DNA of 64,000 nt from Gammaproteobacteria bacterium (lineage in GTDB: Bacteria; Pseudomonadota; Gammaproteobacteria; Ga0077536): NCBI GenBank assembly GCA_016191285.1, contig JACPPA010000036.1, positions 17,788 to 81,787 on the forward strand. The letters run 5' to 3'. The notes below the pieces were generated by a model, which worked only from the letters and a program-made list of their open reading frames with translations, did not search any database and was not told the origin of the DNA. Positions 9,398-20,659 of the stretch are shown here, one piece after another; position 1 is the first letter of the stretch; the number at the start of each line of letters is the position of its first letter. The translations under genes and the position numbers were made by a program.

Positions 9398-10204
9398 CTA
9401 AACTCGATGCAGGATTAGTTCCAAGACGAACTTAGTGCCAAAAAAAGCCAAGGCCAGCAGCGTAAATCCACCGATCACATATTTGACGCCGCGCCGTCCG
9501 CGCCAGTCCAGCCACCAACGGCCATAAACCAGCACGGCGAACACCAGCCAGGCGAGGACCGAGAAGACGATCTTATGGGCGAGATGCTGCGCCCGAATGT
9601 TCATGACATAGGCGGCGCCTAACGCGAGGCTGACGGTGAGCAGCGCAAAGGCGAGGGCCGTGAGTTGAAACATCACGGCTTCCATGGTTGGGAGCGGCGG
9701 CAAGAAATGCATGATCGGATGATGTTGGCGCAGCTGGCGAGTGGCGATCCTCAAAAATATCGCCTGGATCGCCGCCAGCGCGAACAGACTGTAGGCGATA
9801 ACCCCCAGGGCGATATGTAAACGCATGCCGAGCGGCATATCGGTGGCGATCAGATGCGTCGTCGGGAAACACAGATCAAGGATGAGCGCCGCGCCGGCGG
9901 CAGGCAGAATGACGGCGGCGAGGCTGCCGAGCTCGCGCCGAACATTCAACATCAGGACTACCACCGCCACACACCACGCGACCACCGATCCCGCGTTAAA
10001 GAGGCTCAAGTTGACGCCCTGAGTCGTGATCGTCGTTGGATAAAGCACGACCGCGTGGAGCGCCACGGCGAGTGTCCCAAGGCCGAAGCCAAAGCGCCGC
10101 CACCCTGCTGAATTCGTCGCGCGTTGACCGTGGGCGGCGATCAACAACACGCCAGCCGTGACGTAGAGGACAGTTGCGATAATTCCAAGCAGTGGAGACA
10201 GCAT
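9398..10204 (-). CDS. YpjD/CcsA-like inner membrane protein (cytochrome c assembly family)
   Basis: LPPLPTME, HKIVFS, WRGRR, LAFFGTKFVLE; divergent from ffh; start may be 10234. Confidence 0.88.
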   Translation of the reverse strand: MLSPLLGIIATVLYVTAGVLLIAAHGQRATNSAGWRRFGFGLGTLAVALHAVVLYPTTITTQGVNLSLFNAGSVVAWCVAVVVLMLNVRRELGSLAAVILPAAGAALILDLCFPTTHLIATDMPLGMRLHIALGVIAYSLFALAAIQAIFLRIATRQLRQHHPIMHFLPPLPTMEAVMFQLTALAFALLTVSLALGAAYVMNIRAQHLAHKIVFSVLAWLVFAVLVYGRWWLDWRGRRGVKYVIGGFTLLALAFFGTKFVLELILHRV

Positions 10205-10315
10205 CAATTGCGGAGTGAAGTTCACCCGGCGCATTGTATAAGGGAAGCGTGGCGAAGTCAGACCCGTACTAGTGTGCTGCTGCGCAATGAACTTTCATGA
10301 GTCGGGTTAGGTATC

Positions 10316-10379
10316 GTGGGATCGGCTTTAGCCGCGAATTGGACATCAGGCGCGCATTCGCCGCTAAAGCGGCTCCCAC
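10316..10379. repeat. REP doublet (REPIN)
   Basis: GTGGGATCGGCTTTAGCCGCGAA ... TTCGCCGCTAAAGCGGCTCCCAC. Confidence 0.85.
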
Positions 10380-10562
10380 AAAGCACGATATAACGCCGCC
10401 GGGAGCGTGCGAATTAAGTTGGCTAAGCGCGACAGTATTCGAGCGCGGCGCGCCTATTCGCAGGCGGAAGCAGGTCAAGTCGTAGGCCAGGCGGCGCGGT
10501 AAACCCTGTTACAATTATCTGACTTGCAGCCGCTTTGGTCGCGCTTTTGAAGAGCAGCCCCT

Positions 10563-11924
10563 ATGTTTGAAAATCTCAGTCGACGCCTCGGCAATGTCGT
10601 CAAAAATTTACGCGGTCAAGGGCGTCTAACCGAAGACAACATCGACGGTACCCTGCGCGAGGTGCGCATGGCGCTCCTCGAAGCGGATGTCGCGTTGCCG
10701 GTGGTTAAAGTTTTCACCGAACGTGTACGCGCGCGCGCGCTGGGCCAGGAGGTGATCGGGACCTTGACACCGGGACAGGCGCTCATCCGCGTCGTGCGTG
10801 ATGAACTCACGGAGCTGATGGGCGAGGCCGGAGTGGGCATTGATTTCGCCGCGGAACCGCCGGTGGTGATTCTGCTCGCTGGCTTGCAGGGCTCGGGCAA
10901 GACCACCAGCGCCGCCAAACTTGCAAAGCGTCTCAAGGAGCACGACAAGAAAGCCGTCGCGCTTGTCAGCTGTGACGTCTATCGTCCGGCCGCTATCGAA
11001 CAGCTCCGCGTGCTCGCCGCTGAAATCGGCGTCGATTGTTATCCCAGCACGGATGCAGCGCCGATTGCTATCGCGTTGGCGGCGGTCGACCAGGCGCGGC
11101 GGCAATTCAAGGAGGTGCTGATCATCGATACCGCCGGGCGTCTGCACATCGATGACACGATGATGGAGGAGATCCGCGGCCTCCATGCCGCTGCCAGCCC
11201 GCACGAGACCCTGTTCGTCATCGACTCGATGATGGGGCAAGACGCGGTCCGTACCGCGCAAGCGTTTAACGCAGCCCTGCCGTTGACCGGGGTGATCTTA
11301 ACCAAGACCGACGGCGACGCGCGCGGGGGCGCCGCGTTGTCGGTGCGTCACGTCACGGGTAAGCCGATCAAATTCATCGGCGTGGGTGAGAAAATCCACG
11401 CGCTCGAACCCTTTCATCCCGATCGCATCGCTTCGCGCATCCTCGGCATGGGCGACGTGTTATCGCTGATCGAAGAAGTCGAACAGAAAGTCGATCGCGA
11501 TCAGGCGGCCAAGGTCGCGGCCAAGTTGAGCAAAGGCAAGGGCTTCGACTTGCAAGATTTTCGCGAACAAATCGATCAAATGAAGAACATGGGCGGGTTA
11601 TCGGCCTTGATGGGCAAGCTGCCCGGCGTGGCCGAACTACCGGCGCATGTGAAAGATCGCGTGAACGACAAAGAATTTTCAAAACTCGGCGCGATCATCG
11701 ATTCGATGACGCCGCAGGAACGACGCTTCCCCGCCGTGATCAAAGCGTCGCGTAAGCGCCGCATCGCCGATGGATCGGGCAATCAAGTGCAAGACGTCAA
11801 CCGGTTGCTGAAGCAGTTTGATCAAATGCAGCGAATGATGAAAAAGGTCTCAAAAAAAGGCGGCTTGCAGGCGTTAATGCGTGGCATGCAAGGCCGCCTG
11901 CCGCCAGGAATGCCGTTTCGCTAG
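10563..11924 (+). CDS. ffh: signal recognition particle protein
   Basis: GLQGSGKTT, DTAGR, TKTDGDARGG, Met-rich M domain. Confidence 0.98.
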   Translation: MFENLSRRLGNVVKNLRGQGRLTEDNIDGTLREVRMALLEADVALPVVKVFTERVRARALGQEVIGTLTPGQALIRVVRDELTELMGEAGVGIDFAAEPPVVILLAGLQGSGKTTSAAKLAKRLKEHDKKAVALVSCDVYRPAAIEQLRVLAAEIGVDCYPSTDAAPIAIALAAVDQARRQFKEVLIIDTAGRLHIDDTMMEEIRGLHAAASPHETLFVIDSMMGQDAVRTAQAFNAALPLTGVILTKTDGDARGGAALSVRHVTGKPIKFIGVGEKIHALEPFHPDRIASRILGMGDVLSLIEEVEQKVDRDQAAKVAAKLSKGKGFDLQDFREQIDQMKNMGGLSALMGKLPGVAELPAHVKDRVNDKEFSKLGAIIDSMTPQERRFPAVIKASRKRRIADGSGNQVQDVNRLLKQFDQMQRMMKKVSKKGGLQALMRGMQGRLPPGMPFR

Positions 11925-11951
11925 GGCGCACGCGACCGCCGAGGAGCAGCA

Positions 11952-14213
11952 GTGGACGAACAACTCTATAAAGCCGCGCTCGATTATCACGAGAGTCCGC
12001 GCCCCGGCAAAACCGAAATTACCGCGACTAAACCGCTGGCGAATCAAACCGACCTCGCGCTCGCGTATTCGCCCGGCGTCGCTGCCCCCTGTCTCGCGAT
12101 CGCCAAGGACCCGAGCCTGGCGGCGCGCTATACCAATCGGGCGAATCTCGTCGCGGTGATCACCAACGGCACGGCGGTGCTCGGACTCGGCGACATTGGC
12201 CCACTCGCCGCGAAGCCCGTGATGGAGGGCAAAGCGGTTTTATTCAAGAAATTTGCCGGTATCGATGTCTTCGATATCGAACTGAATGAGCGCGACCCGG
12301 ACAAACTGGTCGACATCATCGCGAGCTTGGCGCCGACGTTTGGCGGCATCAATCTGGAAGACATCAAGGCGCCCGAATGTTTTTATATCGAACAACGCTT
12401 GCGCGAACGAATTGATATTCCGGTTTTTCATGACGATCAGCATGGCACGGCGATCATCGCTGCGGCGGCGATCCGCAACGCGTTAAAACTTATCGACAAG
12501 ACCATCGGCGCGGTACAACTGGTGTGCTCGGGCGCGGGCGCAGCCGCGATTGCCTGTCTTAAATTACTCGAAGCCGTGGGCTTGCCGCGCGCGCATATCA
12601 CGGTGGTCGACAAGGCCGGCGTTATTTATCGCGGCCGTGGCGAGCAAATGGATAGTCATAAGGTGCATTACGCGCGTGATACCGACGCACGCACCTTAGC
12701 CGACGCTATTCGCAATGCGGATATTTTTCTTGGACTTTCGGGTCCCGGTGTACTGACGGGCGCGATGGTCGCGACCATGGTGGCGCGGCCGATCATTCTC
12801 GCCCTCGCCAATCCCACGCCGGAAATCCTGCCTGAGGAAGTCTTGGCGGCACGACCCGACGCGCTGGTGGCAACGGGTCGTTCGGATTATCCGAACCAAG
12901 TGAACAATGTGCTGTGCTTTCCGTACATGTTTCGGGGCGCGCTCGATGTGGGCGCGACGACCATCACCGAGCAGATGGAAATCGCGTGTGTGGATGCGCT
13001 CGCCGAACTGACGATGCAGGAAGCTTCCGAAGTGGTGCTCGCCGCGTATGGCGGCGACCAACTGCGGTTCGGCGCCGACTACTTAATCCCGAAACCCTTT
13101 GATCCGCGGCTCATCACGACCTTGGCGCCGGCGGTCGCGCAAGCGGCGATGGACAGCGGCGTCGCGACGCGGCCGCTCGCTGATCTCGCGGCCTACAAAG
13201 ATCAGCTCTCGAAGTACGTGTTTCAATCGGTGTTGTTGATGAAACCGATTTTCGAACGGGCCAAGCAGGACCGCAAACGGTTGGTGTACGCCGAAGGCGA
13301 GGAGACGACCATCCTGCGCGCCGTGCAAGCCGTGGTCGACGATCAATTGGGGCGGCCAATTCTGGTGGGGCGTCCGGCCGTGATCGAACAACGAATTACA
13401 AATCTCGGGTTGCGCCTGCGCGTAGGCATCGATTTCTCAGTGGTCAATCCGGAGTCCGACCATCGCTTTCGAGAATATTGGTCCGAGTATTACGAATTAA
13501 TGAAGCGGCGCGGGATTACACCGGCCGATGCGCGACGCGTGCTGCGCACCAATAGCACTGTCATCGCCGCGCTCTTAGTCAGAAAGGGCGAGGGGGATGC
13601 CGTGATCTGTGGGCTCACCGGCGCTTATCACACGCATCTCAAGGATCTCGAGGAAGTGCTGGGACGCGGGACCGAGGGTGCGCTCGCCGCCGTTAACGTG
13701 CTGGTTCTGCGCAAGGGGACGTTTGTCATTGGCGATACCCACGTGCATACCGATCCCGACGCCGCGACCATCGCTCGGATCGCGCTGGCGGCCGCGATGC
13801 GTGCCCGTCGATTTGGTATACGGCCGAAGGTGGCCTTGTTGTCGCATTCTAATTTTGGCGGCAGCAATACCGCTTCGGCGTGCAAGCTACGCGATGCGTT
13901 GGGCATGATCCGCGCTGCCGCGCCCGAGCTTGAGATCGATGGTGAAATGCAGGCGGACGCCGCATTAGTGCCGGCGGTACGCGCCATGGCGGTGAATGAT
14001 TCGCCCCTCACCGGCGCCGCCAATGTCTTGATCATGCCGACACTCGATGCCGCTAATATCGCCATGCATCTGCTCACCGTGCTCGGTGAGGGCGTCACCG
14101 TGGGTCCGATTCTGACGGGTCTGCGTTATCCCGCACATATTCTGACCGGTTCGGCGTCAGTGCGACGGGTGATCAATATGAGCGCGCTAGCCGCGGTGGA
14201 TTCGCAGCACTAG
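11952..14213 (+). CDS. maeB: NADP-dependent malic enzyme with PTA-like domain
   Basis: [25 protein letters not shown]-terminal DGEMQAD. Confidence 0.95.
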   Translation: MDEQLYKAALDYHESPRPGKTEITATKPLANQTDLALAYSPGVAAPCLAIAKDPSLAARYTNRANLVAVITNGTAVLGLGDIGPLAAKPVMEGKAVLFKKFAGIDVFDIELNERDPDKLVDIIASLAPTFGGINLEDIKAPECFYIEQRLRERIDIPVFHDDQHGTAIIAAAAIRNALKLIDKTIGAVQLVCSGAGAAAIACLKLLEAVGLPRAHITVVDKAGVIYRGRGEQMDSHKVHYARDTDARTLADAIRNADIFLGLSGPGVLTGAMVATMVARPIILALANPTPEILPEEVLAARPDALVATGRSDYPNQVNNVLCFPYMFRGALDVGATTITEQMEIACVDALAELTMQEASEVVLAAYGGDQLRFGADYLIPKPFDPRLITTLAPAVAQAAMDSGVATRPLADLAAYKDQLSKYVFQSVLLMKPIFERAKQDRKRLVYAEGEETTILRAVQAVVDDQLGRPILVGRPAVIEQRITNLGLRLRVGIDFSVVNPESDHRFREYWSEYYELMKRRGITPADARRVLRTNSTVIAALLVRKGEGDAVICGLTGAYHTHLKDLEEVLGRGTEGALAAVNVLVLRKGTFVIGDTHVHTDPDAATIARIALAAAMRARRFGIRPKVALLSHSNFGGSNTASACKLRDALGMIRAAAPELEIDGEMQADAALVPAVRAMAVNDSPLTGAANVLIMPTLDAANIAMHLLTVLGEGVTVGPILTGLRYPAHILTGSASVRRVINMSALAAVDSQH

Positions 14214-14273
14214 CAGCGCCAAATAAAGGTTCGGAAGTTCCCATCATAAGGCGGTTGTCGGGTGCGCGCGTAG

Positions 14274-14649
14274 CGTCATTCCGGAACGTGCGCAGCCTTT
14301 ATAGACGTCACCCCGGAATTCGCGCAGCGACGATCCGGGGCGGGAGCCCGCTGGTAGTTCAGGCGCCCCTGGATCCCGGGTCGGCGCGGCTCACGCCGCT
14401 TCGCCCGGGATGAGGGATCTCACAATCTAGGCCGGGTTCGAATGGCACTTACAAAAGCTGAAATGCCGAGAACGATGCAGTCCTGGCCCTTCGTCATGCC
14501 GGCGAACGCCGGAATCCAGTCAACCAATGAATTCATTTTTCACTGGACCCAGTGCTCGGCGCACGGGGTGACGGCGTAAACCGCACTTAAACAAGTGCGA
14601 TTCAGGCCGGGTGCCTCTTCTTGAGCCCATGGCAATGCGGGCCATTTAG
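14274..14649 (+). repeat. ~375-bp composite palindromic repeat, copy 1 (inverted copy at 51332-51764)
   Basis: near-identical reverse complement of 51332-51764; several GTCA(C/T)...TGAC palindromes. Confidence 0.85.
14440..14603. mobile_element. 164-bp IS4-type MITE nested in the composite repeat
   Basis: ends GAATGGCACTT/AAGTGCGATTC; 11-bp direct repeats AGGCCGGGTTC (14429-14439) and AGGCCGGGTGC (14604-14614); family assignment from recalled end and TSD pattern. Confidence 0.65.
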
Positions 14650-14786
14650 GGAACCTCTGAATAAGTCCATCCTGGACTTATTCAGAGTACGGGAAGCAAA
14701 AAGTATGATTTTTGCTTCCCTTCATTTTCAATGGTTTGCAACCATCGAAAATGGCGGCACCTCCCTGTGCCGCGGGAAGCTCTGCC
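14650..14786 (+). mobile_element. IS5-type MITE, right end truncated
   Basis: TTAG then GGAACCTCTGAATAAG; near-identical to 34343-34479 but lacks the last 15 bp and the second TSD. Confidence 0.8.
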
Positions 14787-15305
14787 GGCGGGATTCTGCG
14801 CGCGGTAATCGTGAACGAAATTGCCGACCAATTCGGTTACCAGGGCATCAACTTTTTCCGGCTCGCTGGCGAGCATGACGCCGTTTTTGGAGCTCGTCCA
14901 GACGGCTTGCGAGATAAATCCCCCGGCCGTATTCCCGAGCGGGATTTTCTGTCGTAGTTCGAGTTTCACCGCCAGATGATAAAAACCGCTGGCGTCGTGA
15001 TTGGTTATGACGCGGATCCGGAGCAAGCCCGCATGCGGCGCGGTTATGGCGCCATCTGCCGTCGCGAGCGCAATGCCATCGGCCGTCAATTGGCGAGTGG
15101 CTTGGTCGTGCACGCGCGCAACGGTCAGTCCATGACTCGCCAAATCCTGGTCGATGTCATCCACCGCGAGCGCGATCGGTTGAACCTCATTCAATGTCAT
15201 GTGCGAAAACGGTGGGACATCGGCTGGCGCGTTACCTGACCTGGCAAGGAGCGCCAGCGCCGAGATTGCCACTAACCTACGCGCGCAGCGCGGGAATTCA
15301 GGCAT
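14682..15305 (-). CDS. exported hypothetical protein with a MITE-derived C-terminal tail
   Basis: signal-peptide-like N-terminus (RRLVAISALALLA); start overlaps the dsbB end. Confidence 0.65.
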   Translation of the reverse strand: MPEFPRCARRLVAISALALLARSGNAPADVPPFSHMTLNEVQPIALAVDDIDQDLASHGLTVARVHDQATRQLTADGIALATADGAITAPHAGLLRIRVITNHDASGFYHLAVKLELRQKIPLGNTAGGFISQAVWTSSKNGVMLASEPEKVDALVTELVGNFVHDYRAQNPAGRASRGTGRCRHFRWLQTIENEGKQKSYFLLPVL

Positions 15306-15846
15306 AACCGGCCCCTCCGGACGAACGTCGCCGACGCCGAATTGGGCGTTGCTTCGCTCGCAGGAACGCGATTGCGAGCGCACTCAGCATTAAGCCGATG
15401 AAGCACAGCACAGACCATTCCGCGAGCGACAAGCCAAGCAGTGTCCAGTCAACTTTGGCGCAGTCGCCACTGCCGCGCAGCACTTTGTGGATCGTTTCAC
15501 CGAGTGGGTACATGTCCAACATGAAATCGAGACCGGGCCCGCATTCGGGGACCAGGTCCTTGGGCAAATGTTGCAGCCACACCTGACGACCCGCGATGGT
15601 GGCCCCGATTATCGAAAGGATGGCAATGACAGCGCAGTAGGCCGTGGCTCCCGCCAAGCGTGCGCCGTGCGCCGCGGCGACTAAGGCCGTGGCGCCGATC
15701 AGAAAATAAAATACCCGTTGAAAAATACACAACGGACACGGCTCTAACCCAGAATGAAATTGCAGGTAGTACGCGCTCGCGAGTAACACGATGCAGGCCA
15801 GCGCGATACCCAGGAACGGTGTTCGACGCGAGAGGATCAAAGCCAT
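15298..15846 (-). CDS. dsbB: disulfide bond formation protein B
   Basis: LEPCPLCIFQR, PECGPGL, GSGDCA. Confidence 0.95.
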   Translation of the reverse strand: MALILSRRTPFLGIALACIVLLASAYYLQFHSGLEPCPLCIFQRVFYFLIGATALVAAAHGARLAGATAYCAVIAILSIIGATIAGRQVWLQHLPKDLVPECGPGLDFMLDMYPLGETIHKVLRGSGDCAKVDWTLLGLSLAEWSVLCFIGLMLSALAIAFLRAKQRPIRRRRRSSGGAGYA

Positions 15847-15939
15847 GAATAAACCCCGTTGGAGTTAGGGACTGCCATTCTAGCCTGAGCGATGGATTGG
15901 CTGGCAGTGCTCGGCCACCTGGCTGGTACTCACGGACAG

Positions 15940-16956
15940 TTAATCAGGAGAGATCGGAGACGGGTGGTCAAGGGTAACGGTGGGACCGTCGGGTATGCCG
16001 AGGTGTAATGGCGCGGTGACCGCGAGCTCCGCTACCACCAACACAGTGCAGCCACCCGCCGGCAACGTGGCGCTGCTGATAATTTGCCCCGCGCTATGCG
16101 CGGCACTCTCCCCCGCGCGAAAACACGGGGTTCCGGGCGCTGCCATGGCGGCGGTGTGGCCGCGCCGCAAGCGCGATTTAACCGTGCCGCGATATTTCAT
16201 CCGCGCCACGATTTCCTGGCCGGGGTAGCAGCCTTTGTTAAAGCTTAAAGCGCCAAGCGTATCGAGGTTCAATTGCTGCGGCAGAAACGCGTTGGCATTG
16301 ATCTCGCTAATGACGGGCAAGCCCTGTTCGATATCCCCTAGACGCCAGGTATTCGAGCCGATGGCCGCCAGGTCGTGCGTGCGCCACCAGGCGGCGAGCG
16401 CGTCGATCGGGCCGCACACTAAAAAGCGCGCGCCGTCGTCGATGCACAACGTTGACAGCGACTCAGCGAGGACCGACACCGCGTAGCGCGTCACCTCGAG
16501 ACCGGCGGCCCAGTCCGGGCGCGCCGTTTGGGGCACGCACAGACCGAGCACGCCATAAACGTCGGACACCTCCGCGAGCGTTACTTGGGCGCGGAGCACG
16601 AACATTTTCAAGCGCGTCATCAGGCGCGCGGACTCCGAGCGCGGCACGCACAACAGAAATCCGTCGGCGTGTTGCCACAGGTAAAACAAAAACGACACGC
16701 GACCTTGTGCCGTGCACCACGCGCTGAGTTGCCCGCGCGTGACATTCACCTGCATGACATCGCTGACGAATTGGGCGTGCAGAAAACTCCGTGCGTCGGC
16801 GCCGTCGACGCGAATCAGCGCGAGATCGGTGAGCGGGCATACGCAGGACTCGGAGTTCGCGATATCTAACTCGGTGTCCGGGGCTGCGAACGAATGATCA
16901 CCATTGGCATCTACCTCGTAGGACAGCGTCGCGGGCACCACGTCGGTGAGTTTCAT
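15940..16956 (-). CDS. ygfZ: folate-binding Fe-S repair protein YgfZ
   Basis: KGCYPGQE signature. Confidence 0.93.
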   Translation of the reverse strand: MKLTDVVPATLSYEVDANGDHSFAAPDTELDIANSESCVCPLTDLALIRVDGADARSFLHAQFVSDVMQVNVTRGQLSAWCTAQGRVSFLFYLWQHADGFLLCVPRSESARLMTRLKMFVLRAQVTLAEVSDVYGVLGLCVPQTARPDWAAGLEVTRYAVSVLAESLSTLCIDDGARFLVCGPIDALAAWWRTHDLAAIGSNTWRLGDIEQGLPVISEINANAFLPQQLNLDTLGALSFNKGCYPGQEIVARMKYRGTVKSRLRRGHTAAMAAPGTPCFRAGESAAHSAGQIISSATLPAGGCTVLVVAELAVTAPLHLGIPDGPTVTLDHPSPISPD

Positions 16957-17192
16957 CGTGCGGTGTGTCGTTGCAAGCGCGTGACGAGTTCGCGAAATTC
17001 AGGCGTGGGTGCCGGGTGTTGGCCAAGGACCCAGGCGTAGAGATCGGGATCCGCGGTGTCGAGCAAGCTCGCGAAAGCGACTTGGTTGACCGGCGTCAGC
17101 GTCGAGTAATCTTCGTCGAGGAAGCGGTTTAACACGATATCGAGTTCACGCATGCCGCGGCGGCAGCGCCACCGCAGGCGATTTAATTCCAC
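16953..17192 (-). CDS. sdhE: SDH flavinylation factor SdhE
   Basis: RWRCRRGMRELD (RGxxE motif). Confidence 0.93.
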   Translation of the reverse strand: MELNRLRWRCRRGMRELDIVLNRFLDEDYSTLTPVNQVAFASLLDTADPDLYAWVLGQHPAPTPEFRELVTRLQRHTAR

Positions 17193-17214
17193 TTGAAATC
17201 ACCGCCCTGCGGGT

Positions 17215-17997
17215 TCAAAGCGTGCGCTGTACCATCATTTTTTTTACTTCCGCGATCGCCTGCGCGGGGTTCAACCCTTTCGGGCAGGTGCGCGCGCAAT
17301 TCATGATCGTGTGGCAGCGATAAAGCCGGAACGGATCTTCGAGTTCATCGAGGCGTTCACCCGTCGCTTCGTCACGGCTATCGATCAGCCAGCGATAAGC
17401 CTGCAACAGCGCCGCCGGGCCGAGGTAGCGATCGCTATTCCACCAATAGCTGGGGCAGCTGGTTGAACAGCACGCACACAGAATGCATTCGTATAAACCG
17501 TCCAGCTTCTCACGATCTTCTTTCGACTGTAGGCGCTCACGGTCGGGTGGCGGCGGAGAATCCGACTGCAGCCAGGGTTTGATCGACGCATATTGCGCGT
17601 AGAAATGCCTCAAATCCGGGACTAAGTCCTTATGCACCGGTAGGTGCGGGAGCGGATAAATTTTGACGTCGCCCTTGATCGATTCGGTGGCCTTGGTGCA
17701 GGCAAGGGTGTTGGTGCCATCGATATTCATCGCACACGAGCCGCAGATCCCTTCGCGACAGGAACGGCGAAACGCCAGCGTCGAATCAAGTGCGTTTTTG
17801 ATGTAAATGATCGCATCCAGCACCATGGGCCCACATTTATCGAGGTCGATTTCGTAAGTATCGAGGCGTGGATTCGCATTCGTGTCCGGGTCATAACGGT
17901 AGACGCGGATCTTGCGCGCGCGCTTGGCGCCAGCGGCGGCCTCGATAGTTTTACCTGGCGTGACTCGCGAATTCTTGGGCAGGCTGAACTCGGCCAT
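17215..17997 (-). CDS. sdhB: succinate dehydrogenase iron-sulfur subunit
   Basis: [34 protein letters not shown]. Confidence 0.97.
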   Translation of the reverse strand: MAEFSLPKNSRVTPGKTIEAAAGAKRARKIRVYRYDPDTNANPRLDTYEIDLDKCGPMVLDAIIYIKNALDSTLAFRRSCREGICGSCAMNIDGTNTLACTKATESIKGDVKIYPLPHLPVHKDLVPDLRHFYAQYASIKPWLQSDSPPPPDRERLQSKEDREKLDGLYECILCACCSTSCPSYWWNSDRYLGPAALLQAYRWLIDSRDEATGERLDELEDPFRLYRCHTIMNCARTCPKGLNPAQAIAEVKKMMVQRTL

Positions 17998-18017
17998 GAA
18001 CGGCTCCCTCTCGAAAA

Positions 18018-19808
18018 TCAATAAACGCGTTTTTTAGGCGGAACGACGGCGACGTCATTGCTCAACGTATACATATGCACGGGTCGATAATCGAAGCGCA
18101 CACCGCCGTCATCGTTGATCCAGGTCAGCGTGTGCTTGTGCCATTTTTCGTCATCGCGATCCGGGAAATCCTCGCGGGCGTGGGCGCCGCGCGACTCCTC
18201 TCGATTGTAGGCAGCGCGAATACTGACCATTGCATTGCCCAGTAAATTTTCAAGTTCCAAGGTCTCGACCAGATCGGTATTCCAAGTCATCGACCGATCG
18301 CCGACTTTTACGTGTTGGAATGCATCCCACACGCTTTGCAATTGCGTGATGCCCTCAAACAGCACTTCGCCAGTTCGGAACACCGCGGCGTTGTTTTGCA
18401 TGATGCGCTGCATGTTGAGCCGCAGTTTGGACGTTGGCTCGCTGCCATTCGCATGGCGCATGCGATCGAAGCGCGCCAACAGCCGCTCCGTGGTGTGCGC
18501 GGGAAGCGCCGGGTGCGGCGTGTGAGGTTTGATGGTCGCCGCGCAGCGCTTGGCGGCGGCGCGGCCGAACACGACAAGATCAAGCAGCGAGTTTGAACCT
18601 AATCGATTGGCGCCGTGCACCGATACACAGGCGGCTTCGCCGATCGCCATCAAGCCCGGCACTTCCGCGTCGGGATTACCGTTTTTTAAGGTGACCGCCT
18701 GACCATGATAATTAGTCGGAATGCCGCCCATGTTGTAGTGGACCGTCGGCAGTACCGGAATGGGTTCTTTGGTCACGTCGACGCCGGCGAAGATCGCGGC
18801 GGATTCCGCTATTCCCGGCAAGCGCTCATCGATCACTTCGGGGCCGAGGTGCTCGAGATGCAGGTGTATATGATCCTGATGCGCGCCGACGCCACGCCCT
18901 TCGCGGATTTCAATCGTCATCGAGCGCGAGACCACATCGCGCGACGCTAAGTCCTTGGCATTCGGCGCATAGCGCTCCATGAAGCGTTCGCCCGCCGAAT
19001 TGGTCAGGTAACCGCCTTCGCCGCGCACGCCTTCAGTGATCAAGCAGCCGGCGCCATAAATGCCGGTGGGGTGGAACTGGATAAATTCCATGTCTTGGAG
19101 CGGCAATCCGGCGCGAAGCGCCATCGCATTACCGTCGCCCGTGCAGGTATGCGCCGACGTACACGAGAAATACGCGCGACCGTAGCCGCCGGTCGCCAAC
19201 ACCACTTGATGCGCGCGAAATAGATGCAGCGTTCCCTGGTCCAGATTCCACGCCAGTACACCGCGGCAGACACCGTCGTCGTCCATCACCAGATCGAGCG
19301 CGAAGTACTCGATCATGAATTCCGCGTTATGTTTCAGCGACTGCTGGTAAAGCGTATGGAGAATGGCGTGACCGGTACGATCCGCCGCGGCACAGGTGCG
19401 TTGCGCAACGCCCTCGCCGTAATTCGTGGTCATCCCGCCGAACGGCCGCTGATAAATTCGGCCGTCTTCGGTGCGTGAAAACGGCACACCGTAATGTTCG
19501 AGTTCGATCACGGCCGGAATCGCTTCGCGACACATGTATTCGATGGCGTCTTGATCGCCCAGCCAATCCGAGCCCTTGATCGTGTCGTACATGTGCCAGC
19601 GCCAGTCATCGGGGCCCATGTTGCCGAGCGCGGCGCTCATGCCGCCTTGCGCGGCCACCGTGTGGCTGCGGGTGGGGAACACTTTGGTGATGCAGGCGGT
19701 GGTCAGGCCTTCGGCGGCCATGCCGAAGGTGGCGCGTAAGCCCGCGCCACCCGCGCCGATCACGACGACATCGTATTGGTGTTCAATCAATGGATATGCG
19801 CTTGCCAT
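18018..19808 (-). CDS. sdhA: succinate dehydrogenase flavoprotein subunit
   Basis: [16 protein letters not shown] covalent-FAD His, [11 protein letters not shown]. Confidence 0.98.
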   Translation of the reverse strand: MASAYPLIEHQYDVVVIGAGGAGLRATFGMAAEGLTTACITKVFPTRSHTVAAQGGMSAALGNMGPDDWRWHMYDTIKGSDWLGDQDAIEYMCREAIPAVIELEHYGVPFSRTEDGRIYQRPFGGMTTNYGEGVAQRTCAAADRTGHAILHTLYQQSLKHNAEFMIEYFALDLVMDDDGVCRGVLAWNLDQGTLHLFRAHQVVLATGGYGRAYFSCTSAHTCTGDGNAMALRAGLPLQDMEFIQFHPTGIYGAGCLITEGVRGEGGYLTNSAGERFMERYAPNAKDLASRDVVSRSMTIEIREGRGVGAHQDHIHLHLEHLGPEVIDERLPGIAESAAIFAGVDVTKEPIPVLPTVHYNMGGIPTNYHGQAVTLKNGNPDAEVPGLMAIGEAACVSVHGANRLGSNSLLDLVVFGRAAAKRCAATIKPHTPHPALPAHTTERLLARFDRMRHANGSEPTSKLRLNMQRIMQNNAAVFRTGEVLFEGITQLQSVWDAFQHVKVGDRSMTWNTDLVETLELENLLGNAMVSIRAAYNREESRGAHAREDFPDRDDEKWHKHTLTWINDDGGVRFDYRPVHMYTLSNDVAVVPPKKRVY

Positions 19809-19811
19809 GGT

Positions 19812-20195
19812 TTAGCTAATGCCTAATGAAATCTTGAGGATCGCGACTAGCGCCGCGAGTGCGCCGAGGATCGCGCCGGCGCGTACGACGAGTTGCGCGG
19901 CAATCTGCCGGCCGGGACGATGAATATAATCTTCGATCACCACCTGCAGACCCAGTTGTGCGTGCCAGAACAGCGCTGTCACCAGGGCAAGTAGCAACAC
20001 AGTGATGTGGGGTTGCGCGAGCCACGCGACGACCGCGCTATGTGGGGCCGTGACGAGACCCATCAAGGCAGTGACGAACCACAGCGACAACGGGATCAGG
20101 GCGAGCGCGCTCAACCGCTGGACGCGCCAGTGATGAACGCCTTGTTTGGCTGAGCCCAAGCCTTTGACCCGGCCGAGATTGCTCCGCAAGCTCAT
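19812..20195 (-). CDS. sdhD: succinate dehydrogenase membrane anchor
   Basis: GLGSAKQGVHHWRVQR, HAQLGLQVVIEDY. Confidence 0.93.
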   Translation of the reverse strand: MSLRSNLGRVKGLGSAKQGVHHWRVQRLSALALIPLSLWFVTALMGLVTAPHSAVVAWLAQPHITVLLLALVTALFWHAQLGLQVVIEDYIHRPGRQIAAQLVVRAGAILGALAALVAILKISLGIS

Positions 20196-20602
20196 AAGGG
20201 CGCTCCTTGTTGACTGACAACGCAGGCCCAAATGAGACCGGTGAAAATGACCGACGCAACGAGCACTGCATAACCGGATTTGTACGCCGTGCCGAGCGCG
20301 AAGCCATAGCCCGCGTCCCAGAACAAATGCCGGATGCCATTGCACAGGTGATAGAAAAACGCCCAGGTCCAGCCGATGAGCGCCACGCGCACCAGCCAGC
20401 ACCTCAGCACGGTTTGGGCTTTGGCGTACTGTTCCGGTCCCGCCGCCACGCTTAACAACCAATACAGCAGCACGCAGGTGCCGATGCTGAGCGCGATGCC
20501 GGTTATCCGATGCGTAATCGATAGCACGCTGGTGAGCTGCGGACGATAAATCTGCAGATGCGGCGAAAGCGGTTTAACCGGACTCATGAATACAGGTCTC
20601 AT
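20192..20602 (-). CDS. sdhC: succinate dehydrogenase cytochrome b556 subunit
   Basis: PLSPHLQIYR, SITHRITG, HLCNGIRHLFWD. Confidence 0.95.
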   Translation of the reverse strand: MRPVFMSPVKPLSPHLQIYRPQLTSVLSITHRITGIALSIGTCVLLYWLLSVAAGPEQYAKAQTVLRCWLVRVALIGWTWAFFYHLCNGIRHLFWDAGYGFALGTAYKSGYAVLVASVIFTGLIWACVVSQQGAPL

Positions 20603-20659
20603 CCGAGGGAGAAATTGAGGGAGAGATCCACGGTGCCGTGACCGTGGGCGTCGCGCGCG

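Noticed and set aside
10563-14213. ffh followed by maeB instead of rpsP-rimM-trmD (similarly leuCD without leuB and stand-alone surE)
   Set aside because: Ordinary gene-order variation with no sign of a new function.
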